A stretch of 64,000 bases of DNA from Leucoraja ocellata (lineage: Eukaryota), in the NCBI GenBank assembly GCA_036785375.1, contig JAWMAR010000569.1, forward strand, positions 434,001-498,000, given 5' to 3'. Position numbers and translations under genes: made by a program. Below, piece by piece: positions 23,861 through 36,800 of the stretch; within the stretch, counting starts at the first letter, position 1, and each line of letters begins with the position of its first letter. Below the pieces are notes generated by a model that worked only from the letters and a program-made list of their open reading frames with translations, searched no databases and had not been told where the DNA came from.

Positions 23861-25865
23861 ACAGTGTAGGGACAGTGTGGGGACAGTGTGTGGACAGTGG
23901 AGAGACAGGGACAGTGTGGGGACAGTGTGGGGACAGTGTGGGGACAGGGACAGTGTGGGGACAGTGTGGGGACAGTGTGGGGACAGTGTGGGGACAGTGT
24001 GGGGACAGTGTGGGGACAGGGACAGTGTGGGGACAGTGTGGGGACAGGCACAGTGTCGGGACAGTGTGGGGACAGTGTCGGGACAGTGTGGGGACAGGGA
24101 CAGTGTGGGGACAGGGACAGTGTGGGGACAGGCACAGTGTGGGGACAGTGTGGGGACAGTGTGGGGACAGGGAGAGTGTGGGGACAGTGTGGGGACAGTG
24201 TGGGGACAGTGTGGGGACAGTGTGGGGAGAGTGTGGGGACAGTGTGGGGACAGTGTGGGGACAGTGTGGGGACAGGGACAGTGTGGGGACAGTGTGGGGA
24301 TAGTGTGGGGACAGTGTGGGGACAGTGTAGAGACAGTGTGGGGACAGGCACAGTGTGGGGACAGTGTGGGGACAGTGTGGGGACAGTGTGGGGAGAGTGT
24401 GGGGACAGTGTGGGGACAGTGTGGGGACAGTGTGGGGACAGTGTAGAGACAGTGTGGGGACAGGGACAGTGTGGGGACAGTGTGGGGATAGTGTGGGGAC
24501 AGTGTGGGGACAGTGTGGGGACAGTGTAGAGACAGTGTGGGGACAGTGTGGGGACAGTGTGGGGACAGTGTGGGGACAGTGTGGGGACAGGGACAGTGTG
24601 GGGACAGTGTAGAGACAGTGTGGGGACAGGGACAGTGTGGGGACAGTGTGGGGACAGGGACAGTGTGGGGACAGTGTAGAGACAGTGTGGGGACAGGGAC
24701 AGTGTGGGGACAGTGTGGGGACAGTGTGGGGACAGTGTGGGGACAGTGTAGAGACAGTGTGGGGACAGTGTGGGGACAGTGTGGGGACAGGGACAGTGTA
24801 GGGACAGTGTGGGGACAGGGACAGTGTAGAGACAGTGTGGGGATAGTGTGGGGACAGTGTGGGGACAGGGACAGTGTGGGGACAGTGTGGGGACAGTGTG
24901 GGGACAGGGACAGTGTGGGGACAGTGTAGAGACAGTGTGTGGACAGGGACAGTGTGGGGACAGTGTAGAGACAGTGTGGGGACAGGGACAGTGTGGGGAC
25001 AGTGTGGGGACAGTGTGGGGACAGGGACAGTGTGGGGACAGTGTAGAGATAGTGTGGGGACAGTGTGGGGACAGTGTAGAGACAGTGTGGGGACAGTGTG
25101 GGGACAGTGTGGGGACAGTGTGGGGACAGTGTGGGGACAGTGTAGAGACAGTGTGGGGACAGTGTGGGGACAGTGTGGGGACAGTGTAGAGACAGTGTGG
25201 GGACAGTGTAGAGACAGTGTGGGGACAGTGTGGGGACAGTGTGGGGACAGTGTGGGGACAGTGTAGAGACAGTGTGGGGACAGTGTGGGGACAGTGTGGG
25301 GACAGTGTGGGGACAGTGTGGGGACAGTGTAGAGACAGTGTGGGGACAGTGTAGAGACAGTGTGGGGACAGTGTGGGGACAGTGTGGGGACAGTGTGGGG
25401 ACAGTGTAGAGACAGTGTGGGGACAGTGTGGGGACAGTGTGGGGACAGTGTAGAGACAGTGTGGGGACAGTGACAGTGTGGGGACAGTGACAGTGTGGGG
25501 ACAGGGACAGTGTGGGGACAGTGTGGGGACAGTGACAGTGTGGGGACAGGGACAGTGTGGGGACAGTGTAGAGACAGTGTAGGGACAGTGACAGTGTGGG
25601 GACAGTGTGGGGACAGTGTAGGGACAGTGACAGTGTGGGGACAGGGACAGTGTGGGGACAGTGTAGAGACAGTGTAGGGACAGTGTGGGGACAGTGTGGG
25701 GACAGGGACAGTGTGGGGACAGTGTGGGGACAGGGACAGTGTGGGGACAGGGACAGTGTGGGGACAGTGTGGGGACAGGGACAGTGTGGGGACAGTGTGG
25801 GGACAGTGTGGGGACAGGGACAGTGTGGGGACAAGGGCAGTGTGGGGACAAGGGCAGTGTGGGGC
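23861..25865. repeat. G-rich 11-bp minisatellite (GACAGTGTGGG)n, ~2 kb
   Basis: Direct reading; variants GACAGTGTAGA and extra GACAGG or GACAGT hexamers. Confidence 0.97.
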
Positions 25866-26486
25866 ATGTGAGGGGACAGATGGTGTGATAGGTGAGACAC
25901 AGCGGCGGTGGTCCCAGCACCAACCCCCCTCCCCATTCCCCCCTGAGGCACAGCACACACCTCCCACCCTCACCTCCGGCGGCTCTATGTCCATCGACCG
26001 CTCTGTCCACACCCCATGGAGTTTTAACCCCGTCCCGGATCCAGGAGCGGAGCGGGTGAGTGGTGCCGCCTCCGGAGCCTACTATGGGAGGGGGACACCC
26101 CCCTCACACCTTCCCCCCATCGGTCGCTACGCTCCCTCGCAATTTCTCACTCTCAACTCTCACCCAATGTTGGCAGCCCTGCTAGGTCAGGAACGAAACT
26201 GTGTCTCTGGCGCTGTGAGGCAGCAACTCTACCAACTGGGCCACTGTGCCACCCAAGCACTTACAAACTGTGCTTAATATTGCCTCTACATGTTGCAGGT
26301 GATTATTCCAATGTCCAGGGCTTTGTAACTATGGCCATGGTACAGAGGTACAGGTGGGAACCAAATCAATGTCTATGCATATCATCTCACTATTGTGGTA
26401 ATGCCTTTTGCTTTTCTATGGTAGTTTGCTTTGCATAGATAAGCTTCTACGATTCCTATATCTCTCATTTCCCTTTCCCGTGACAT

Positions 26487-26582
26487 TCAGTCTGAAGAAG
26501 AGTCTCGACCAGAAACGTCGCCCTTTCCTTATCTCCAGAAATGCTGCCTGACCCGCTGAGTTACTCCAGCATTTTGTGTCTA
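26487..26582 (+). ncRNA. Putative minimal type-I hammerhead ribozyme in a Penelope-derived short element
   Basis: CTGAAGA-A-GAGTCTCGACCA-GAAAC-GTC; stem II imperfect in this copy. Confidence 0.45.
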
Positions 26583-27604
26583 CCCTATTACTAATCTCTC
26601 TACTTCCTGTACTCCATCTCATCATTGTTCGAGATTCGATCCACTATGTTGGTATCATCGACAAACATGTAAATGGAGTTAGAGCAGAATTTAGGAAGCA
26701 AAAGTTTGCATTAGGAGGAGATATTGAATAGACTGGACTTGTTTTTCTCTCAACATTAGAATGAGAAGATGCAGGGAGGATGTTTTCCTTCTCAGGAATT
26801 TGAACCAGAACAACATTAAATAATTTAGGACTCAGATGAGGAGTAATATTCAGATATTCAGGGAAGGAAGGGATTTATGAATAGTCAGAGAAAATTAGAT
26901 GGAGTTAGAAGATCGGCTATGATCTTGATGATTAGCAGAGCAAGCTCGAGGGGACAAATGACCCACTCCTAAAATATTTCCTTTGATCCTCAAGCAGAGA
27001 AATGTACAGTGATGCAGTTTGGTGGGCAGGACAATGTGGAATGAAGCATCCTGTCCCAAAAGAGGTGCATGAGCAGAGGTACTTGGGGTATGATCTGACT
27101 TATGAAGTGCTCTGGTAGAGAGTTGGAATAGACACAGTGGGCTCAATGACCTCCCACCCTGTGCTACATTCTATACGTGTCCTTCAGTCTCGTTGAAACA
27201 TAACACGGGAGGACACTGATGTGGGCACAGGTCAGTGAAGATGGTTGAAAATCGAAAATAAATTGGTCTTGGCGTCAAAAAGGAGGTGAAAAAGAATGAA
27301 GGCGATTGGCAAATAATGAATAGTGACATGAGAGAAACGAAACACATTCCGTGTTTGCATTCCAAGAACATTAATGGAAGGAAAGGAGTTGCAAGACCAT
27401 GGGGGGAGGGGCGGCAGTGGGACCCAAATGAATGTGCTGGCACGAACTCAATGGGCCGAGTGGCTCTCGTTCGTGCGTAAAAAGCATTAAAAAAAGATTA
27501 CGTGATTCTGCGCTTCCATAAGTGGCTGGTTATGATCTGCAAGATATGGAATTGGGAAATTTGTGAAGAAATCCTGTGGTTATTTGAACTGTGATGCCCT
27601 TTGT

Positions 27605-27780
27605 GGTAAATTCCCTTCAGCAGAGAAAGACCAGGAGCCAGTGAGCGGTGCGTGGTGGGGATTGTTCGCCTGACGCCAAGGGAAGTTCCCTGCTCTTCCA
27701 GACAGGGTTATAAAGCGGGGCGGCGGAGCCCAGGCTCACAGCTCCAGAGCCTGACGCCCCTTGCAGAAGTGAAGTCAACC
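27605..27780 (+). promoter_or_regulatory. Promoter of vcam1-like copy 2
   Basis: GGTAAATTCCC 27605-27615, GGGAAGTTCCC 27680-27690, TATAAA 27709-27714, TGACG half-site 27671-27675, GAAGTGAAGT downstream of TATA. Confidence 0.7.
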
Positions 27781-27816
27781 TCGGCTTGTGTGTGTGTGTC
27801 CGAGTGCCGCTGAACC

Positions 27817-27877
27817 ATGGCTGGAGACAGATGCGACCCAGCCGCTACAATTACTCTTGCATTGATGCTCGCCACAG
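27817..27877 (+). CDS. vcam1: copy 2 exon 1, signal peptide
   Basis: Same sequence as copy 1 exon 1; GT at 27878. Confidence 0.8.
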
Positions 27878-30800
27878 GTTTCTCATTTATTTTACACCAT
27901 TAATAATCTGCATTATCTAACGATTCGTTTTGTGTTAAATATCAGGCACCAAAGTATCAATTTTGGTATCTGTTTGTTTAAAGAAATGAAGATGTGAATA
28001 TTTAAAGCGTTAAACGTAAGCTTTTAAAAAATAATATTGCTTGTGTGTTGTTTCAAAACTGCAGGATCCGCCTTCAATTTGGAGTTAAACCCGTCTAGAA
28101 ACGTGTGGGCTCGTATCGGGGACTCGCTGCAGTTGAACTGTGTGGCGAAGAGCTGCTCGTCTCCGACCTTCACGTGGAGAATCGGGACCGATAACCCCCT
28201 GGGCGGAACAATCACAACTCGGGGCTCGGTGTCCACATTCACCATCTCCGCGGTTACCCCGCAGAACCAACACAAGTACACTTGTTCCGCAAAATGCGGC
28301 ACAGAAGAAAAAAGAAAATATGCCAACCTCAATATATTCTGTGAGTATTAATAGCAATGTTACAACATTTTGAGATTTTAAAAATCATGTCTGCAATTTA
28401 TCCCATCAGATAAAGCATAAAAAGAAGTTTAATTTGACACCTATATTTCACTTTCATATCTACAGTATTAAAAAAGTTATAGCCATTTTCATACTCGGAA
28501 ATTAGCATCTTGTTCCCTATTGTTGCACGTAAGGTCACTGGGTCATAGGGCTTGACGCATGGAGCCGCTCAATCCATCTGGAGGACATCCGTCACTTCCG
28601 GTATATGTTATTAATGCAAGAAACGCGTACTTTCCTACCTGTTAAAAACCGCCAAAATGATGAATTTTTGCGCTGTAAAAAATTGTGGAAATCGGTGTAA
28701 GTGTGAGAGACATGTACCCAACTATAGAATTCCAAATGTGAAGCGAAATGAAGGTAAAGAGAAGCGAGAGCTGAAGGGACAACAGCAGCTAAAGTGCTTG
28801 GTAAACATTGGCCGTGCAGATATCGTAATTGAAAATATTGGAATTATCGCGTTTGCTCACTGCATTTCATCAACAGTAAGGCATTATTTGTGTTTTTTCT
28901 TGATTCCTTTGGTATCTAAAAAGTCTCAGAAGTGATCAATCTGGCTGTAAATTTTCCTTCAGATGCGTTTTCATTTTGTATGTAAACCCCACGAGATTTA
29001 TCACTTCTGAAACTTTTTAGATGCCAAAGAAATCAAGAAAAAACACAAATAATGCCTTAGTTGATGAAATGCAGTGAGCAAACGGCCAATGTTCGCTAAG
29101 CACTTTGTCTGTTGTTGTCCCTTCAGCTCTCACTTCCATCTACCGTCATTTCTCCTCACTTTTGGAATTCTGAAGTAGGCTAAATGTCTCCCACGCTTAT
29201 CCCAATTTCCATCATTATTTGCAGCGCAAAAATTGCCATTTTCGGCGGGTTTTAACGGGCCCGCTACGTTGGAAACAATGGTAAGTGCCTACCTGTAGTA
29301 CATCGCGTGTACTCCATTTGGAGTAGCGTAGCAACAGAGTCATGGGTCGTGACCCGACTGCCTATTGCTTTTCCATTGACTTAGCACAAAAGCTGTGATC
29401 GAGGACAGTCAAAAGCCCATAACTTTCTTAAAAATCAAGAGAACTGAGAGAAATGTTCAGTTATTATAGATTGAAGCATTCTGAAACAAATATAAAACAA
29501 GTTTACTTGGATGACCTGAAATTAAAGCATATAATTAGTTAGTTACCCAATTGTAGTTAATTACAAAATTCAATTACTAGATCTAAACATCTATCCATTT
29601 CTTAAGAAAAGATTAGCATTTTTAAATAGCCTAAATGTCCAAATAACATTCACACAAGAATTCACACCATAACATGATTTCTAAATCTCATTGTCATGGA
29701 TTTATAGGCCAAATGGAAGGAATTTAGTGTTTAATTCCCATAAATTAATGGCCATTTTAATCATCTTGCGAGTGGGTTTTTGAGGAACGCGATCGTTTGG
29801 AACGTTGCGGTTGCGGTGAATTTACACCCCATATCAGCAGGTAAAATACTACCAGTTCATATGGGGCCTAAATCACCGTTTCGCAATGTAAAATGTGGAT
29901 TAAATGCATCCTAAGAAGCACGTTTATATGTAAAATAAACGGCTTTCCTTTACCTGTCCCGTACCTGAAATCCGTCCCCATTGTCGGCGTTGACGGCTTT
30001 AGAAGCTGATTTTTAAATTACTCCAGTGCTGAAATTGTTGGGCGATTTAATAAAATTTAAAAAATAAAAATTCACAGAATGGCCGTCGGAACAATTCTTC
30101 AGCAAAAGCTTGCACTCCTAGAAAATATATCCAGGACAGGCAGGAGAAAAAACACATTTTAAACCCGCCCCCCCCCCCCCCCCCCCCAAAGGCGCCAAAG
30201 TCGCACACACGGCCAGTGGCAGAACTCCAGCGCCGCGGAAGGTAAGTTTTGTAACATACCTAGTATTAACCCATCTCCTGACTGGAAACTTGTCGCAACT
30301 TTGTCCGTCCAGATAAAAGTAAAAAAAAATACTGGAAATACTCAATTATTCGTGCAACCTCCACGAAGAGAGAAACAGAATCTCGACCCGAAACCTCACC
30401 CGTTCCTTCTCTCTCAGAGATGCTGCCTGTCCCGCTGAGTTACTCCAGCCTTTTGTGTCTATCTTCGGTTTAAACCGGCATCTGCAGTTCTTTCCTAACA
30501 CTGAAAGGTCATTGTTCTGCGGAGATTTCGCTCGTTGTAGCACAGCATCCGGGGAGAGCAAAGATCTCTAACCGACAAGAATCACCTCTTTCTCTCCACC
30601 AATACTGCCTGCCAGATGAGTATTTCCGGCACATGCTGTTTTATTCAGGGCCTTCCAACGATTGTCTTTGTTTTGGTCTTCAACAAATATTTTAGTTAAC
30701 AGATTCATGAATGTTTTCTGACATGAAAGTTGTCCTTTTGCAGATTGGAACGAGAGTTTGGTAACAAATCATAAGTCATGGGAGCAGAATTCCCCATTCG

Positions 30801-33800
30801 GCCCATCGAGTCTACTGCGCCCATCACTCATGGCTGATCCATCTCTCCCTCTTAACCCCATTCTCCTGCCTTCTCCCCATAACCTCTGACACCCGTACTA
30901 ATCAAGAATCTGCCTACCTCTGCCTTAAATATATCCATTGCCTTGGCCTCCACAGCCTTCTGTGGCAATGAATTCCGCAGATTCACCACCCTCTGACTAA
31001 ATCGATGGGCAACTTGGGCGCTGTACATTCCACCCTGATTCCCTGTTTGATTCCTGAATCCATGTGTCGTTGCAGCTCTGTCCGACACACTCATCGTGGA
31101 GACTGTGGGCAGCCTGGAAGTTGGCCAGAGAGGCTCCGTGAGATGTACGGTCCCCAAAGTCTACCCCGCTCAAGTGGAGGTGGAGTGGCTGAAAGGAACA
31201 ACATTGCTGAAGACCGACAGCTTCCGTGACTACACAGAGGAAGAAACGGCGATGAACTTCACCTACGAACTGACGGCTGAATTGCGAGACTCGGGACAAG
31301 AGCTGACATGCCGAGTGCAATTACTCACGGGGAACCAACCACGCAAGGCCGAGGGGTCGCTAACGTTACAGGTTCGCTGTAAGTATGGAGACAGAGATAT
31401 AACATTGAGAACGGAATCACAGTCATAGACGTAGTCTGGACAATGGTTTAAGTCGCCCGCCTTTAATGTAGTGAATTATCCCATCTCCTTCTACAGATGC
31501 TCCCACGGGGATTGACATTACTGCAGAGCCCTCTGCCACAGTGAGAGAGGGTCAGGATGTTCGGCTAACCTGTGCTGCAGACAGCAGCCCCGCTGCCACG
31601 ATAGTGTGGAGCAAGTTATCCGCCGGCAACTGGTCAGTCGTGGCCGAGGACAGAGCGATTCTGCACCTGTCACCGGCCCTGTTCGGGGACACGGGAATGT
31701 ACCGCTGTGAAGCCGGCAATAAACTGGGGACAATCACCAAGGAGGTGGAATTCCACGTTCAAGGTGTGTTTGTTTCACTATTGTAATTTTACTATCATTG
31801 TTATAGGAAAGACGTGGTCAAGCTGGAAAGGGTTGAGAGAAGATTTACCAGGATGTCACCAGGGCTAAAGGGTCTGAGGTATAGGGAGAGGTTGGGCAGG
31901 CTGGGACTCTATTCCTTGGAGCGCAGGTGAGGGATGATCTTATAGAGGTGTATAAATCATGAGAGGAATAGATTGGGCGGATGCACAGGGTCTTTTGACC
32001 ATAGTGGGTGCATCGATGACCAGACATAGGTTTATGGTGAAGGGGAAAAGATTTAGTAGGAATCTGAGGGGTAACTTTTTCACACAAAGGTTGGTGGGTG
32101 TATGGAACAAGCTGCTAGAGGAGGTAGTTGAGACAGGGACTATCCCAACATTTAAGAAACAGTCAGACATGTACATGGATAGGACAGGTTTGGAGGGACA
32201 TAGACCAAATGCGGGCAGGTGGGACGAGTGTAGCTGGGAAATGATGGCTGGTTTGGGCAATTTGGGCCGAAGGGCCTGTTTCCACACTATATCACTTTAT
32301 GACTATGATTATGTTTCTTTGCACGGATTTGGCTCAACTTTTTGCAATTTATTAATTTCTCACGCCTCTGGTTTCAGGTAGCCCCAGGGACACCACTCTC
32401 TCCATCACCCCCTCTGCTGTGAAGGAAGGAGACAGGGTCACGTTCAGCTGCACAACCCAGTCCAACCCCCCTGCCCAGCTTGTACTGAGGAGGCAGTCAT
32501 CGAGCGGATGGAGCAAGCTAGACTCTGAGAATGGGACATTGACAATCCGTGATGTCCAGCTAGCTGATGCAGGGCTGTATCAATGTGAGGCCATTAATGC
32601 TCTGGGGAAACAGATCAACATCACCAAACTCCAGGTTCAAGGTTTGTGTGGAACTTAATGAGAAATTTACAGGAACTGAATGTGAAAAGTATTTTCACTT
32701 AAATTCTGACGAGGGGGGACAAGAATGATTTGGATTTATGGGGGAACATTCATACCACCCATGGTAGTTGAGGCTGGGGCTATCCCAACATTTAAGAGAC
32801 AGGTACATGCCCCCCCCCCCCCCCCCCACTCGCAATAAGGGCAGAGTCCCCCTGGTCCTCACCTTTCACCCCACTAGCTGGCACATACAACAAATAGTCC
32901 TTCGTCAGTTTCGCCACCTCCAACGTGACCCCACAACTCGCCACATCTTCCCATCTCCCCCCCCCGTCTGCCTTCCACAAAGACTGCTCCCTCCGTAACT
33001 CCCTTGTCAATTCTTCCCTTCCCTCCCGCTCCACCCCTTCCCCAGGCACTTTCCCTTGCAACCGCAAGAGATGCTACACTTGTCACTTTACCTCCCCCCT
33101 TGACTCCATTCAAGGACCCAAGCAGTCGTTCCAGGTGCGACAGAGGTTCACCTGCACCTCCTCCAAATGCTCTAGATGTCAGCTGATCTATATCGGTGAG
33201 ACCAAGCGTAGGCTTGGCGATCGTTTTGCCGAACACCTCCGCTCGGTCCGCACTAACAAACCTGACCTCACGGTGGCTCAGCACTTCAATTCCCCCTCCC
33301 ATTCTGTATCCGACCTCTCTGTCCTAGGCCTCCTCCACGGCCAGAGTGAGCAACACCGGAAATTGGAGGAACAGCACCTCATATTCCGCTTGGGCATTCT
33401 GCATCCTGGTGGCATGAACATTGAATTCTCACAATTCTGTTAACCCTTGCTGTCTCCTCCCCTTCCTATCTCTCCCTCAGCCCCCGGGCCCCTCCTCCTT
33501 TTTCCTTTCTTCTCCCCGCCTTCCCCCACCCCCTATCAGTCTGAAGAAGGGTTTCGGCCCGAAACGTTGCCTATCTCCTTCGCTCCATAGATGCTGCTGC
33601 ACCCGCTGAGTTTCTCCAGCATTTCTGTGTACCTTAGACAGGTACATGGATAGGATAGGTTTGGTGGGACATGGACCAAACACGGGCGGGCGGGACTAGT
33701 GTAGCTGGGACGTGATGGCTGGTTTGGGCAAGTTGAGCCGAAAGACCTGTTTCAACACTGTATCATTTTATGACTGTTTTTTTCGCACAGATTTGTCTAA

Positions 33801-36800
33801 ACATTTTGCAATTCATTAATTTCTCACGCCTCTGGTTTCAGGTAGCCCCAGGGACACCACTCTCTCCATCACCCCCTCTGCTGTGAAGGAAGGAGACAGG
33901 GTCACGTTCAGCTGCACAACCCAGTCCAACCCCCCTGCCCACCTTGTACTGAGGAGGCAGTCATCGAGCGGATGGAGCGAGCTAGACTCTGAGAATGGGA
34001 CATTGACAATCCGTGATGTCCAGTCAGCTGATGCAGGGCTGTATCAATGTGAGGCCATTAATGCTCTGGGGAAGCAGATCAACATCACCAAACTCCAGGT
34101 TCAAGGTTTGTATGGAAATTAATGAGAAATTTACAGGAACTGAATGTGAAAAGTATTTTCACTTGAATTACTACGAGGGGGGGAAAGAATGATTTGGATT
34201 TATGGGGGAACATTCATACCATTCAGGACTACGCAAACACTTTATCACCAATAAAGTGCCTTTGACATGTGAAGCAACGAAATGTGGTGCAGCACATTCT
34301 CACAAAGAGCAATGTGAGGAAAACCAATTAGTTGTAATGATGAAGAAAAATAAATTGTATTGGGATCCTTCTTCAGACTGATGTTGGTTTAGTGACAAAT
34401 ATTGACCAGGATGCAGGAATAAACTGGGCAGAACTCTGGCACTTTAAATTTAAAATTGTGTTACAAAATCTTTTATGTCAACTAGAGGGGGTTTTAATTT
34501 AACAACGTATGTGAAAGTGTAACTAACTGCTGCCATCCTTTGGCACAGGACTGGAGAGACTTTCTAGCTTTTTGTGCCTAATTCCTTGAACAGAAACTTG
34601 AGCTGACAAGTCATGGTGATTATTATACGTTGCAATAATCTATGATTGTAACAATCATTAATAGACATCATGAGATGTATAGATCGGGTAGATGCACAGA
34701 GTCAATAGACATGTATTTTCCCCCTCATCACCAGACCTCACTGTTTGGGCTCATCCTTCCAAACTGGTCGATGAAGGAGAAAAGGTCACCATTGGCTGCA
34801 CCATTCATAACATCCACTTAGCCAATTTCACCTGGAAGAAACTAGTGAACAAAAGTGAAAATGTGCTGTCCTTCAGTAACGATAACTTTACAATCTACGT
34901 AATGCACGTAAGGCTGCTGGCCCTGACGGCATCCCCGGGCGCGTGCTCAGTGCCTGTGCTGCGCAGCTGACAGACGTCTGGACTGACATCTTCAACCTGT
35001 CACTTGCCCAAGCAGTTGTCCCCACTTGCCTTAAAGCCACCTCCATCGTGCCAGTGCCAAAACACTCCACTGCGGCAAGCCTCAACGACTTCCGCCCAGT
35101 TGCACTTACCCCCATCATCACCAAGTGCTTCGAGAGGCTGGTCCTGGCACACCTCAAAAGCTGCCTACCCCCCACACTGGATCCCTATCAGTTTGCCTAC
35201 CGCAAGAACAGGAGTACGGAGGATGCCATCTCAACGGCACTTCACTCCGCCCTCTCCCACCTTGACAACAGAGACACTTATGTAAGAATGCTGTTCATCG
35301 ATTACAGCTCAGCATTCAACACCATTATTCCATCAAAACTGATCACCAAACTCGGTAACCTGGGCATCGACCCCTCCCTCTGCAACTGGATACTGGACTT
35401 TCTAACCAACAGACCCCAGTCTGTGAGGTTAGACAAGCACACCTCTTCAACCCTCACCCTGAACACCGGCGTTCCTCAGGGCTGTGTGCTGAGCCCCCTC
35501 CTCTACTCCCTCTTCACCTATGACTGCACACCTGTACATGGTACTAACACCATCATCAAGTATGCAGATGATACAACGGTGATTGGCCTCATCAGCAACA
35601 ACGATGAGCTGGCCTACAGGGAGGAGGTCCAGCACTTAGCAGCATGGTGCGCTGACAACAACCTGGCCCTTAACTCCAAGAAGACCAAGGAGCTCATTGT
35701 AGACTTCAGGAAGTCCAGAGGTGGCACGCACACCCCCATCCACATTAACGGGACGGAGGTGGAACGTGTTTCTAGCTTCAGGTTCCTGGGAGTCAACATC
35801 TCCGATGACCTCTCTTGGACCCACAATACCTCTACTCTGATCAAGAAGGCTCATCAGCGTCTCTTCTTCCTGAGGAGACTGAAGAAGGTCCATCTGTCTC
35901 CTCAGATCCTGGTGAACTTCTACCGCTGCACCATCGAGAGCATCCTTACCAACTGCATCACAGTATGGTATGGCAACTGCTCTGTCTCCGACCGGAAGGC
36001 ACTGCAGAGGGTGGTGAAAATTGCCCAACGCATCACCGGTTCCACGCTCCCCTCCATTGAGTCTGTCCAAAGCAAGCGCTGTCTGCGGAGGGCGCTCAGC
36101 ATCGCCAAGGACTGCTCTCACCCCAACCATGGACTGTTTACCCTCCTACCATCCGGGAGGCGCTACAGGTCTCTCCGTTGCCGAACCAGCAGGTCGAGGA
36201 ACAGCTTCTTTCTGGCGGCTGTCACTCTACTAAACAACGTACCTCGGTGACTGCCAATCACCCCCCCCCCCCCCCCCCCCCCGGACACTTATTATTTATT
36301 TTTTATTCAAATCGTTTGCTATGTCGCTCTTCAAGGGAGATGCTAAATGCATTTCGTTGTCTCTGTACTGTACACTGACAATGACAATTAAAATTGAATC
36401 TGAATCTGAATCTGAATCCATGAAAAATACACCAAGTGACGCTGGTCTTTGTAAGGTCAAAGCGATTAATAAACTTGGGAAACAGACAGGATTTGTGGAA
36501 ATACAAGTTATCGGTAAGTTTAAGTATAGATTGACCTGCCCTGTGAAGTATCTGGGGCGTATTAAAGATATTGTAAAAAATAGAAGATACATATTTGATT
36601 AAAGTTTTGCTTGCAGCAAGTAAGAAAGCCATTACCAGGCAGTGGCTTAATGAAAAAAGTCCAAAACAGGAACAGTGGTTAGAAATTGTGCGAGATATCT
36701 TTAATATGGAGAAATTGACATATTCCTTGAGAGTCAAGGAGAATTCTTTAGAGAAGATCTGGGGAAAATGGACCATTTATTTGAGCCATGACACCAATTA

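Noticed and set aside
23860-24360. CACAGTG heptamers near Ig-domain exons suggesting V(D)J signals
   Set aside because: They are minisatellite variants with no nonamer at 12 or 23 bp, and the Ig exons are VCAM-type rather than V segments
23809-26012. Three overlapping ORFs of over 700 aa rich in Cys, His and Pro
   Set aside because: They are translations of the 11-bp minisatellite, open in all three minus-strand frames, with no gene structure
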